A stretch of DNA of 64,000 nucleotides, from assembly GCF_001194135.2 (NCBI RefSeq), contig NC_068999.1:25330395-25394394 (forward strand). The letters are read 5' to 3'. The notes beneath the pieces were generated by a model, which was not told where the DNA came from, searched no databases, and saw nothing but the letters and a program-made list of their open reading frames with translations. The position numbers and the translations under genes are program-made. This document shows positions 52,438 to 64,000 of this stretch, piece after piece; the stretch's first letter is position 1, and every line of letters begins with the position of its first letter. Origin of the DNA: Octopus bimaculoides (Eukaryota).

Positions 52438-55400
52438 CCTTGGAGTGACTGTTGTTTATTCTAAGGTGAGCCCTGATTGAGCAGACATGCCTATCTCTTT
52501 TTCAGGTATAATATATCTAGGGACTATTTTCACTACTCAATGTCTCCTTTTCTTTTCTAAAACAGCATGATTTGATAACATGGCTACTCTTTCTTTGTGT
52601 GTGTGTGTATGTGTGNNNNNNNNNNNNNNNNNNNNNNNNNNNNNNNNNNNNNNNNNNNNNNNNNNNNNNNNNNNNNNNNNNNNNNNNNNNNNNNNNNNNN
52701 NNNNNNNNNNNNNNNNNNNNNNNNNNNNNNNNNNNNNNNNNNNNNNNNNNNNNNNNNNNNNNNNNNNNNNNNNNNNNNNNNNNNNNNNNNNNNNNNNNNN
52801 NNNNNNNNNNNNNNNNNNNNNNNNNNNNNNNNNNNNNNNNNNNNNNNNNNNNNNNNNNNNNAGAGAGAGAGAGAGAGAGAAAGTGTCTGAAACAAGCTTA
52901 TAGCCACCTAAGGAAAAAAAAACTAAGTCTGTTTAAATGTCTACATGTTAGAGCCAGGGATGGCAGACATGTCTCTATAATCTGTTTCAGACAATATGTT
53001 ATTTAAAGTAACACTTTAAATAAAACATTTTTTTAAAATAAAAACTTAAAAGAACATGTAAGCTGAAGGGAAATTTTTAGTTGTTAACTTTAAAAAAGTC
53101 AAAAGTTGGGGTGATGTAATATGAACTGTTGTGTAATAACTATTTGAAAGAAGATGTAGCATTGGTGCCAATCCATAAATAGAACAGGCTTTGTTGGATA
53201 GTTTCTCTTGATAACCGCCTTCATCAGCAAATACAGAATATTTGGTGAGATGGTAAGTAACTGAAGAAGCCAACTGTTTCCCTTGTAATGTTTGTCTGAA
53301 CTTGACCTTTCACTTCCTTATCTTTGGCATCCAGTCTAAGGAAACATTCCAGACTCCAAAAAGGATTTGTGTAAAAAAAATAAGCTTATAAAACAGGAAG
53401 AAGTATTGGTAGTTTGATACTAATAAGCCTATCACTCTCATTACAAATCAGGCAAGTTACTGCTACAGGAGACAAGTCAGAGCACAGAATAATCTTAAAA
53501 TACAGCTGTCATAGTATGATATATTCAGTTCTAATTACAGCCTGAAGAAGTAATGGAGTATTTTAAATGCAAGTATGAATATCTGCACTTATTCTAGCTA
53601 TAACAACATAATCTTCATAATTTATTCTAAATACTAGCTATTTTTTTTAAGCAGATATATTAGTAAAGTGAAATAAATTTTATGAAACACCAAAAAAGAA
53701 CTTGACTCACTAACACATAGAATAACTAGGCATAAGAATGTAATTATATTTTGGTACAATGGATGTTTTCTTTAAATCTATAGCATTAAGTGTATAGAGG
53801 ACAGGGTCTCCAGACATTTGTAGTTCTGGAAGAAGGGCTTGTTCAAAGTAGTACTTTCTGATGATGGTGCTCTTGTGGATGTGTGTGCACATGTGTGTGT
53901 GTGTGTGTGTGCATGCATGTGTGTGTATGCATGGGTGCGTGTGTGTATGGAGTAAATTTGTGTGTTGAGTTGCATACCCTTATGATAAATAAAGATCAAT
54001 ATAAATACCAGACTAAAATGAGTACATGATGAATTAAATAGAATTGAAGGTGGTACCGCAGCATGGCCACAGTCAAATGACTGAAACTAGAAACAGAGTA
54101 ACAGACTACATAAATTGATAAAAATAAGTCAAAACTATCCAAAAAAATTTAATAAAGTTTCAGAAAGCAGACAAAATTCTTATTGGCTCAATGTAACACA
54201 GCTGGTTATATGCAAGCAACAATAGAAAAAGTAGAATTTATAACAGATTGTTTTCTAATGATTGTATTCAGAGAAATATTTCGTTACCAACAATGTGGGA
54301 GAAGCAAGAACACAATCATACCAAAGAACAAAAAAGTCAAATGTTTATAGAGACAAAGATCTATTTTTGTAAAATTAGTAAATAGCCCTAGTAACAAAGT
54401 AAAGAAAAACTGAAAATAACATCTTTTATAACTGCGCAGAAATTAGTGAAATTCTGTAAGACTGCCAAGAGATTGGATGAGACTTTTGCAACAACTCACT
54501 GAAAATGTCTCACAAAATTTTAGCTGAGGATTCCATTATCAGAAGAAATTTGATAAATACAAAGCAAAAATAATATGATGGTAATGGTCAAAAGTTCCTG
54601 ATCTTTTGACACTGTTCCAATATTTGCAAGGAGCTACATTAAAAATAATTCAATTTTCCAATGAAAATGAAAGGACTTTTAATAATGAAGATCTCATATC
54701 ACAACACACCACATTTAATAATTGAGAGAAATGAATTTAAAATAAATGCTATATATAAGTAAGGTATTATATGATGAACTTATGGCAAAGGCAACCTGAA
54801 AATTCTTAAACATAATGGATCGTCTCATTGTCACAAGAAATTCAGAATTTTGTCAAAGTGAATTCCTTAACCATAAATCTAAACCTATACCAATACCTAT
54901 ACTCTCACATCCATGGGTTTACTTTTGTTTGTAAACTGTTAAAAATGACACATCATATTGGGTATGCATTCTCACATTCAGTGAAATGACAAGAGAATCT
55001 TACAAAGGACTTATTTAAACGATCAGCTGAGGAAGTGCATTTTACACCTCGGATGTATGATAATAATTACACAGTATCTCTACAAGTGATAAAATATGAC
55101 AAAACAATTGTAGTGATTTTAGATAGAAAATGTTGTTCATTCCATTTTCTATCATTTAACTATTTATATAAACTCTACAGATACTATGGTATTCCTGATA
55201 TATATCCAGATGCAGGAGTGTTTCTACAGCATATGATGAGATCAGATAGCCAATGACTTTGGATGAGTTTTGCATAGCATTCTACAAGGTTTTTACCTGA
55301 ATCTTAATTAACTATATATGTATACGTAAACACACACACACACTATTAGGGTGCACATGTGTGTTGTGTGTGTTTGTATACATGTACATGCATAACATAT

Positions 55401-56107
55401 GTAGGTGTCTCTCTATATATACATATATGAATATACATTTATATTGTTAGAAAAATGTAATAAATTGTAAGAATGACTATTGCATGCCTTGCTGGCTGTA
55501 CTTTATATACCTTTCCATACAATAATACTATCTAACCTCTGTACAAATGAAAACAGTGCACATTTATCTATACTTCCCTGTACACACAAACACTGGCATT
55601 ATGAGTTCTCCACTCCCCTCTCACCTTCTTTCCATTACTAGTTCTCTCCCTCTTCTGCTTTTTGCTCCCTACCCTCTATGTCTCTCACTACTTTCTTTTA
55701 CTCTTTCGCACTCTCTCTATCCCCCTCTCTACTTTTGCTCTGGCCCAGGTAATGTCTCTATTTACATTTCTTCTATCCCACTCCTCAGTTTCCATTTTAT
55801 ATTAGACCTGAGAAATAACCAGACATCGAAAATTTGATGTTTTCTTTTTCTCTTGCATCTCTTAATCCTTTTAACTTATTTTGCTTCTCTTTGCAAAGAA
55901 TATCATCCAAATCCTTACATTCTCTTCTACTTCTTCCAATGGTGTGTATACTTTCATTGCTGTTTTTTCACTCTTTATTTCTATACTCTTTCAATGAAGT
56001 TTTACACACTGATTCTGTATATTACTTGTTTTTTGTCTCCTCTTGTCTCATACTCTTACATGTGTTACTTGTGCATTTTCATTTATATCTATCTATCTAT
56101 CTATCTC

Positions 56108-56139
<32 letters not shown>

Positions 56140-57149
56140 TATATATACATATATGTTTTCANNNNNNNNNNNNNNNNNNNNNNNNNNNNNNNNNNNNNNN
56201 NNNNNNNNNNNNNNNNNNNNNNNNNNNNNNNNNNNNNNNNNNNNNNNNNNNNNNNNNNNNNNNNNNNNNNNNNNNNNNNNNNNNNNNNNNNNNNNNNNNN
56301 NNNNNNNNNNNTACTCTTACATGTGTTACTTGTGCATTTTCATTTATATCTATCTATCTATCTCCACACACACACACACACACACACACATACATATATA
56401 TACATATATGTTTTCACTCATTTTTTGTATTCAATGATGAACATCTTAAATTGTAGCTCTATTAATGAATGTACTGACTACCATCCGTGTAGCATCTCTT
56501 ATGACTTTCATCTCTCATGTCCCTGCAATAAAGCTTCACTTCCACACACACCAGCTTAATTTAATTCATCCTTAGTCGAAAGACACCTGTTGTTAATGTC
56601 TTGTTGTTTGTATTTGTAATTGTGTACTATTTCTCCGGGTTTTTTTTTGGTCCTTGTTTTCGTATATATTTGCTTGCTTTCTTCCAAGGAATCTAGCGCA
56701 CTTAGCTTAGATTTTCTTGGGGCTGGCCAGATTGGAGCAGTCTCGAGTGTAACCGGTCAAAAGTGCTAAGATGATCTGGAACTCGACTGAGAATAGGAAG
56801 CATTGAATGACCCATCCTTGTTTTTTCCTGTCCTTTTTTGTATCATCTGTCTGGATGGTTTGTTGTTGCCTGTTATGTTTTTGTTCCATTTTTTTTTGTT
56901 TTCTGTTATATATATATACATATATATATACACACACACACACATACAGTAATCTCTTGCCATATCACAGTTCACCTATCATGCACTCAGTACATCACGG
57001 ATTTTTCTGGATAATATATGTAAATTTATATTGCGGACTTCTCAGTATATCTAGTTCTGCAGGCAATAAGTATTTATATTTTTTTAGATTTAAATATTTC
57101 TGTGGCAGGTTTTGGAATTTAACACCCACAATATTCAAGAGATTACTGT

Positions 57150-57700
57150 GTATATGTAATGTTCGTAGCCACTTCAACATAGCTGTCTGTTTAAATGGAC
57201 TTTACTGTGATTTTTTTAACCCCAAGAGGACATCTCCACTAGCTGGTTAACAATGCACAGCTGCATCCGAGATATTCTGAGCAGGGAAATGAACCCCTAA
57301 CACCTTCTAGCGACAGGGTTTAAAACAATCACAGTGAAGTCTGATCGAACAGATAGCTATGTTGAAGTGGCTATGAACATTACTTGTTAATACAACTATT
57401 GCAAACTATTGCAAAAATTTTAGAACTAGCAGATGAGGTGTCCAGTACTGAAGAGAGGCAGAAATAGCCTGAAACCAGGCTGGTCTACTGGTCTCATCGC
57501 TAGAAGGTGGTAGAGGTTCTCTCCCTTACTTGCAATATCTTGGATGCAGTTGTACATTGTTAACCAGCTAGAGATGTCCTCTTCATGTTACAAAAAATCG
57601 CAGTAAAGTCTGTTCGAATGCACAGCCATGTTGAAGTGGCTACAAACATTACTTGTCAGTACAACTACTGCACTGATCTCTTGTAGAGATTTTAGAACTA
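57150..57700. mobile_element. Three copies (one forward, two reverse) of a probable LINE 3'-end repeat
   Basis: GTAGCCACTTCAACAT...GAGGACATCTC...CTGGTTAACAATG at 57160-57295 versus inverted copies at 57330-57390 and 57535-57660. Confidence 0.65.
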
Positions 57701-58127
57701 GCATTTTTGCTTATGTACATGTGTGTGTGTATGTATAAGAGTAAGGAATTTTCTGGGGGGAAAAGATACTGTAGTGTCTTCTGATTTATTTACAGTTTCC
57801 TATGCTTGTTCCTAGTCTTCCAAGCTTGCACAAGTTTCATAGCCTATTTAACCCATAGGCAAGGAGATTTGGTCATGTGATATCAGGTAACATCCACACA
57901 CTGAGAGGCCAATACCTCACATCTGTAAGGGACCAGTTCTCCTCAATACCCTGTATGCCTTAACCATGCAACAAACTTCTGTGATTTGACCTATAACTAG
58001 GGCTCATAGCTACCAGCTCAAGCTAGAATAAGCATAAGAATAGCGGTGACAAAGGAGTAGCTCAATACTCACCTAAACTCCTTCCTGACCAACTATCAAA
58101 TGCAGGTTAATAACTTACCACAAACCG

Positions 58128-58166
<39 letters not shown>

Positions 58167-60330
58167 GAATAAACATACTTTTGTATACTGCATAAACATC
58201 TAAAAGGATAATTTTCCTATTAAATATTTAATAACATAGATGTAATATTATTATAACTACATTATATAGTCTACTAAAAGAAGAAAAATTTGTTTAAGCC
58301 ATGGAAAAAAAAATTGATTTGTTTCTTATCAAACCTTGTTATAACCAAACCTCTAAGAGGTTTCCAGGTCATCGTCTGTCAGAATAAATATGATAGGTTT
58401 CATGATGGTAAGACATTAAATTTGGATACATGCTCATAAATATTTATATTTTTTTTAGCCCAACCACTTTTATTTTTTATACAGACTTGATGTGGATTAT
58501 TTTCTTTTCACTTTCATATCTTTTGTGTGTGGTGTTAATGATGTGTACAAGTGATCAGTCAATGAATAACCTGCTTGTTAAGCCAAACTACCAAACTGTT
58601 CTGCAGAGAAACCAACCAGCACTTGAAGAAACAGATTAAATATTTTCATTTTAGATGTCTCCAGCCTATATGACTAAGTAAAGAGAACTAGGATAAGCAG
58701 AAAGTTTGGAATGCAGGAAAACAGTTATATCTTAACTATTTTTTTCCTACAAAAAAATAAGACAAAGCTACTCTGTGAAAGATAATGAGCTGGTAGACAA
58801 AGGATAAATCTAATTTAGACTTGTTTGCTAATTCTGAGAAAAAGCTGTAAGAAATTTGAGAGATGTGTGATTGACTGACTGACTATGTATTCAAATGAGC
58901 TAACAACAACAGGCTCTATTTTTCTTGATTTCAGTATACCCACAACTTTTTTCTATCACAGTATTTGGATGTAACTGAAGTATTAGGACATTTTAGATAA
59001 ATTATCTGAAAACATTGCTTTCGCTTTTCTTTTGAATTATTTTTCTTCTCAAAATACATAAGTATTCTGATATATCTAATGAACAACAAAGTATGAACTC
59101 TCTACTTATATGCAAAAGACAAATCCAGTTAAATGTTCTCTATAGCACCAGGAGAAAATTTATCATGGTTCTTATTCAATATGCATCTATTCTTTATGGA
59201 GTAGTGAGCTACCATTAAAAAAATTAGTCAATTGAAATTATAACTGTAAAGATACGAAACATCCTTAATAGAAATTACTTTCAAAGCATAATTTTCTGCA
59301 TGGGGAAGGACTCAAAATTTCCATAGTCTAAAAATTAAATGGGGAGTTATAAGAGTAAGTCAGATCTTTGATAACTGTGGTGACAACCCTAGAAATATTC
59401 TAGTTTGATTAAACCTCTACAGAACTATCAAAACCTTAGAATAATAAATATAATTTTACTTTTTGTTAATAGGAAAATAATTCACTAATCAAGTAAATGA
59501 AAATAATAAAATTGTAAAACTTGCCAGGGGTGCTTTCTGTTTGAAGAACCTATAGTTAAGTATTTAATACTTATTGCTTGAAATTAAGCTTTGTTCTTTA
59601 AAAATTGTAACCATCAGCTATTGAAATAAGCATCCATAGAATATTCATCAGCATTATGAATATTTTATATAGAGAGTATAGTAATAAGTTTGTCTATCGA
59701 TAGCTATGCTGTGAAAACATAGCTTTATTCTAGTCTTAGAATTCAACCACCTAACTCTATTGAACTACTGGTATCTTGAAGATGAATTAGCATACCATGC
59801 CACATATATCTATTCCATGCATAGGCAACAGCTCATCTTCCATAAAAATCTCTGTCCAGACCTACATTATGTAATGGATTATCTCATACATTATGCAATT
59901 GTCACTGATTACCAAGCAAGTAGTAATCAAAGGATTACTTAAAAAGTCTATGCTTAACACTATTTTAAATAATACCTGATGAGCATGAGAATTATATAAT
60001 GTATGATATAATCCATAACATTGTATTCTGCTTACATTAAATATTCTCAGCAAAACAACTGTCACAAAATATAAACCTATTTATTTGTTTCTTACTGTTA
60101 TTTTTCATGGTACACCAAGCATTCTACTATTCATCAAATTACTGACAAACAATTGCAAATGTGAATTACCCAACAACAGTGATTTGTCTTCATAATTGCT
60201 TTAAAACTGATAATGGATTACTTCACAATCTGTGCTATACTGTCTCACCAATTATTAGCATAAGTTGATATGCGTTGATTCTTTATGGAGACCATTTGAC
60301 ATGAACCTGCCAGCTGAGGACTTGTCCAGA

Positions 60331-60382
60331 CTCCAGTTGTCTCTTGTGGCATGATAAATATAAATATGTATAGATACATAAA

Positions 60383-60455
<73 letters not shown>

Positions 60456-60600
60456 GTGCATATATACATAAATATATATAGACTCCAGTTATCTCTTGTG
60501 ATATGATAAATATAAATATGTATATATACATAAATATATATAGATATATATACGCATATATAGATATATATATACACATATATACATATATATTAGAGTA
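60331..60600. repeat. 150-bp tandem duplication with embedded (TA)n
   Basis: GACTCCAGTTRTCTCTTGTG...ATGATAAATATAAATATG at 60331 and 60481. Confidence 0.8.
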
Positions 60601-60821
60601 GTATATTTTCATGAAGCACTGTTTCATATATATATATATAAATGTTTATAATTAAATTTTTTTTTAAGTTAAAATAATTGCAATTTATAAAAATAAAACA
60701 GACTGATAGATTTGTCAAGTTCAATATCAACTTATTTTATTTTTATAAATTGCATTATTTTGGCTTTTAAAAAGGCATAATTATAAACACACACACACAT
60801 ACACAGATACATACATTCATA

Positions 60822-60859
<38 letters not shown>

Positions 60860-62084
60860 CGTGTATGTGTGTGTCTTTTGTTTGAAGGGCATGTTTGCGT
60901 TTATATGTAGTGATTGTATACACTTATTTACAAATAGGTTTATGCAAATGGCCATATAGAATCAGTATCCAACATTCACTTTCCTGACCTACCAGTAAAT
61001 GGTAGTTCAAAATTTATATTATGAGAAACTAAATATTTCTAAACAAAATTGTACTCCTGAAAACAATGTATTTCGTTGATGAAACCTACTTATTCTATAC
61101 TGACAGTTACAACTTATCAACTACACAATGTGCGTGTTATATGACAGATATACCTAAACAAACTCAGTAATGGCTTGGATGCAGGCACTGCTAATCACAA
61201 GAACAAATTGAGATAAATAGTTATATGACAGATTACAATGTGATTATATCCTTAAAAATTTTTCATGGCAGTTATAAAGATTCTTTTCTCTGTATATTAC
61301 AAACATTTATTTGAGATAAAGTAATTTAGCTGATAAAATTCCTACAAATAAATAGCTTATTACAAAATTCAAGTAAAAAAGATGAATATCACTAAAAAGA
61401 ATATTTCAAAATTATTTTATTCTACTGTTTCCATTTTTCTGTTTGTTATTTATTTAGAACCAAATATTTTTGCTCACAGCACAAACAATATATAAATATT
61501 CTCAAGCACAGCTTGGAAAAACATACAACACATTTCAAAACTACTCTCACAGCCTGAAAACTACTTTACCAATTTGTTTCATTTCCTTGCAATTTTCTAT
61601 TTTTCTCATATCATTTACATGTTGTGTATTGTTCTTGTTTTCAGGGTGGAAATATGATTCTAAGTCAAGGGAAGAGAATATATATGCTCTAGGTTGAATC
61701 AGATGTACACACCGTAAGTGTGTAACATACAAGGTAATTATCCTGTGTAGTTTCTTTCTTTCTTTATTGTTTGGGGTAGGGGATGGTAAAGTAGTGGAAG
61801 GCTATAACTATCACAGACAAAAAAAATGTCATATGTTGCAGTTGATTTAAATCAAAATTTATTTAACTTTCATGATTTTCTTCTTTTTTTGGTGTGAAAG
61901 TTAAAAAGAAGCCAAGTTAAATCATCTTTTCAAAACATGTCACACCCCTATGTGCCAGTGCAGGCTTAGCTATGATGGTTAAAACAAACTAAAAAGCTAA
62001 AGAACTAAGGAACCCCACTGACTAGCTTAATTCATTCATTCATTTATAAAAATGATATAAATATTGATTTCTAAAATTGCCACG

Positions 62085-62280
62085 TGCAAGAGAGAAGACT
62101 GCACTGGTTTGGTTATGTAATGTGTGTGGATGAGGACAGCTGTGTAAAGTAGTGCTGATCTCTAATTGTAGAGGGAACCTGTGGAAGGGGTATACCCAGG
62201 AAGACATGGGACAAAATAGTGAGAAGGGATCTTTGGACACTGGGCCTCACTGACGATATGACGATTTCCTGTACTCAATA
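62085..62280 (+). mobile_element. Degenerate RTE LINE C-terminal fragment
   Basis: ...DEDSCVK*C*SLIVEGTCGRGIPRKTW. Confidence 0.7.
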
Positions 62281-62493
62281 AGATGCTTCAAGCTAAGGAA
62301 AATTGTTGTCTTCCACAAGTAGAGGCTTGAATTTCAGGTGCCATTGCTACTTAAAATGCACCCACACCAGGGATGTGTTAACACACCCACACCAGTGCTG
62401 GTTAAATGCATTTGTGCTGATGCTATGTAAGCACACCCATGCTGGTGTCATGTAAAAAGCACTCAACACATACCACTAAGTAGTTGGTATTAA

Positions 62494-62531
<38 letters not shown>

Positions 62532-63224
62532 NNNNNNNNNNNNNNNNNNNNNNNNNNNNNNNNNNNNNNNNNNNNNNNNNNNNNNNNNNNNNNNNNNNNN
62601 NNNNNNNNNNNNNNNNNNNNNNNNNNNNNNNNNNNNNNNNNNNNNNNNNNNNNNNNNNNNNNNNNNNNNNNNNNNNNNNNNNNNNNNNNNNNNNNNNNNN
62701 NNNNNNNNNNNNNNNNNNNNNNNNNNNNNNNNNNNNNNNNNNNNNNNNNNNNNNNNNNNNNNNNNNNNNNNNNNNNNNNNNNNNNNNNNNNNNNNNNNNN
62801 NNNNNNNNNNNNNNNNNNNNNNNNNNNNNNNNNNNNNNNNNNNNNNNNNNNNNNNNNNNNNNNNNNNNNNNNNNNNNNNNNNNNNNNNNNNNNNNNNNNN
62901 NNNNNNNNNNNNNNNNNNNNNNNNNNNNNNNNNNNNNATATATATATATATACATATATACATATATAATATATATATATATACATATATACATATATAA
63001 TATATATATATATACATATATACATATATATATATATATACATATATACATATATATAATATATATATATACATATACATATATTTATATATATACAATA
63101 TATATATATACATATATACATATATATAATATATATATATACATATACATATATTTATATATATACAATATATATATATACATATATACATATTTATATA
63201 TATATAATATATACATATATGTTA

Positions 63225-63940
63225 AGGCGCATGGCTCAGTCATTAGAGTGTCGAGTTAACAATTGTGAGGTTGTGAGTTCAAATCCTGGACCGGGCTGCG
63301 TGTTGTGTTCTTGAGCAAGACACTTTATTTCATATTACCCAAGTTCACTCAGCTGTAGAAATGAGTTGTGACGTCACAGGTGCCAAGCTGTATCGGCCTT
63401 TTCCTTTCCCCTTGGATAACACTGGTGGCATGGAGAGGGGAGGCCGGTATGCATGGGCGACTGCTGGCTTTCCATAAACAGCATTGCCCAGACTTGTGCT
63501 TGGAAGAGTAACTTTCTAGGTGCAATCCCATGGTCAGTCATGACCGAAGGGGGTCTCAGTCATACATATATACATACATACATATATACATACATACATA
63601 TATACATGTGCTGAGACCCCCTTCGGTCATGACTGACCATGGGATTGCACCTAGAAAGTTCCCCTCCAAGGCACAAGTCCGGGCAAGGTTATTTATGGAA
63701 GACCAGCAGTCGCCCATGCATACCGGCCTCTCCTCTCCACACCACTAATGTTATCCAAGGGAAAGGCAAAGGCCAATACAGCTTGGCACCAGTGACATCA
63801 CAACTCATTTCTACAGCTGAGTGAACTGGAGCAACATGAAATAAAGTGTCTTGCTCAAAAGCACAACATGCAGCCTGGTCCTGGATTCAAACTCACAACC
63901 TCATGATTGTAAGATCGATGCCCTAACCACTGAGTCATGC
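63225..63940. mobile_element. Tail-to-tail inverted pair of full-length tRNA-derived SINEs
   Basis: 63225-63559 (+) and 63611-63940 (-) are reverse complements over about 330 bp, separated by about 50 bp of TACA repeat. Confidence 0.92.
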
Positions 63941-64000
63941 ATGTATATATACATATATATATACATATGTATATACATATATATATATGCATATATATAT

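Larger units (their letters stand above)
18005..62937. other. Assembly gaps at 18005-18014, 30201-30653, 38949-39131, 42680-42689, 48292-48933, 50602-50611, 52616-52861, 56162-56311 and 62532-62937
   Basis: N runs, mostly flanked by microsatellites. Confidence 0.98.

Noticed and set aside
53150-53270. Exon-like segments (SLDNRLHQQIQNI on +; KYSVFADEGGYQEKL on -)
   Set aside because: Weak acceptor or no donor; unrecognised peptides.
55170-55300. Peptides YYGIPDIYPDAGVF (+) and KNLVECYAKLIQSHW (-)
   Set aside because: Both frames reach a stop without a good donor.
56050-56415. About 110-bp direct repeat flanking a gap
   Set aside because: Near-identical sequence on both sides of the 56162-56311 N run; probably an unmerged contig overlap.
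58060-58095. Minus-strand AG|GTGAGT as a microexon or ratchet point
   Set aside because: No polypyrimidine tract; the Gly-X-Y frame ends in a stop.
1-64000. tRNA, rRNA or snRNA genes, CRISPR arrays, prokaryotic operons
   Set aside because: None seen; tRNA-like box A/B motifs belong to SINE heads.

Overview
AT-rich, microsatellite-dense eukaryotic (metazoan) genomic DNA with nine N-gaps. The SINE, RTE and Penelope families and the repeat density suggest a coleoid cephalopod such as Octopus; this is an inference, not verified. Most ORF-track entries are translations of (TA)n/(TG)n/(ACAT)n repeats or gaps. The only host coding sequence I can recognise is one 63-nt minus-strand exon (51110-51172) encoding GLLGLEGSKGDMGAPGCNGTK, a type IV collagen 7S-region segment; I found no other Gly-X-Y exon in the window. 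The rest is mostly transposon debris: a near full-length broken mariner (11582-12812), two other mariner relics, hAT, Merlin-like and Tigger-like MITEs, RTE and CR1 LINE fragments, tRNA-derived SINEs and Penelope-like pieces. A CpG-rich domain (about 5.5-27.5 kb) holds a motif-rich, probably bidirectional promoter near 9.7-9.9 kb and is flanked by CpG-depleted domains that look like methylated gene bodies. Best leads: a well-formed type I hammerhead ribozyme (25495-25568) inverted against a Penelope RT fragment; a consensus AG|GT ratchet-point motif on the + strand (50781-50816), about 300 bp from the antisense collagen exon; and several long fold-back repeat pairs that could form ADAR substrates.
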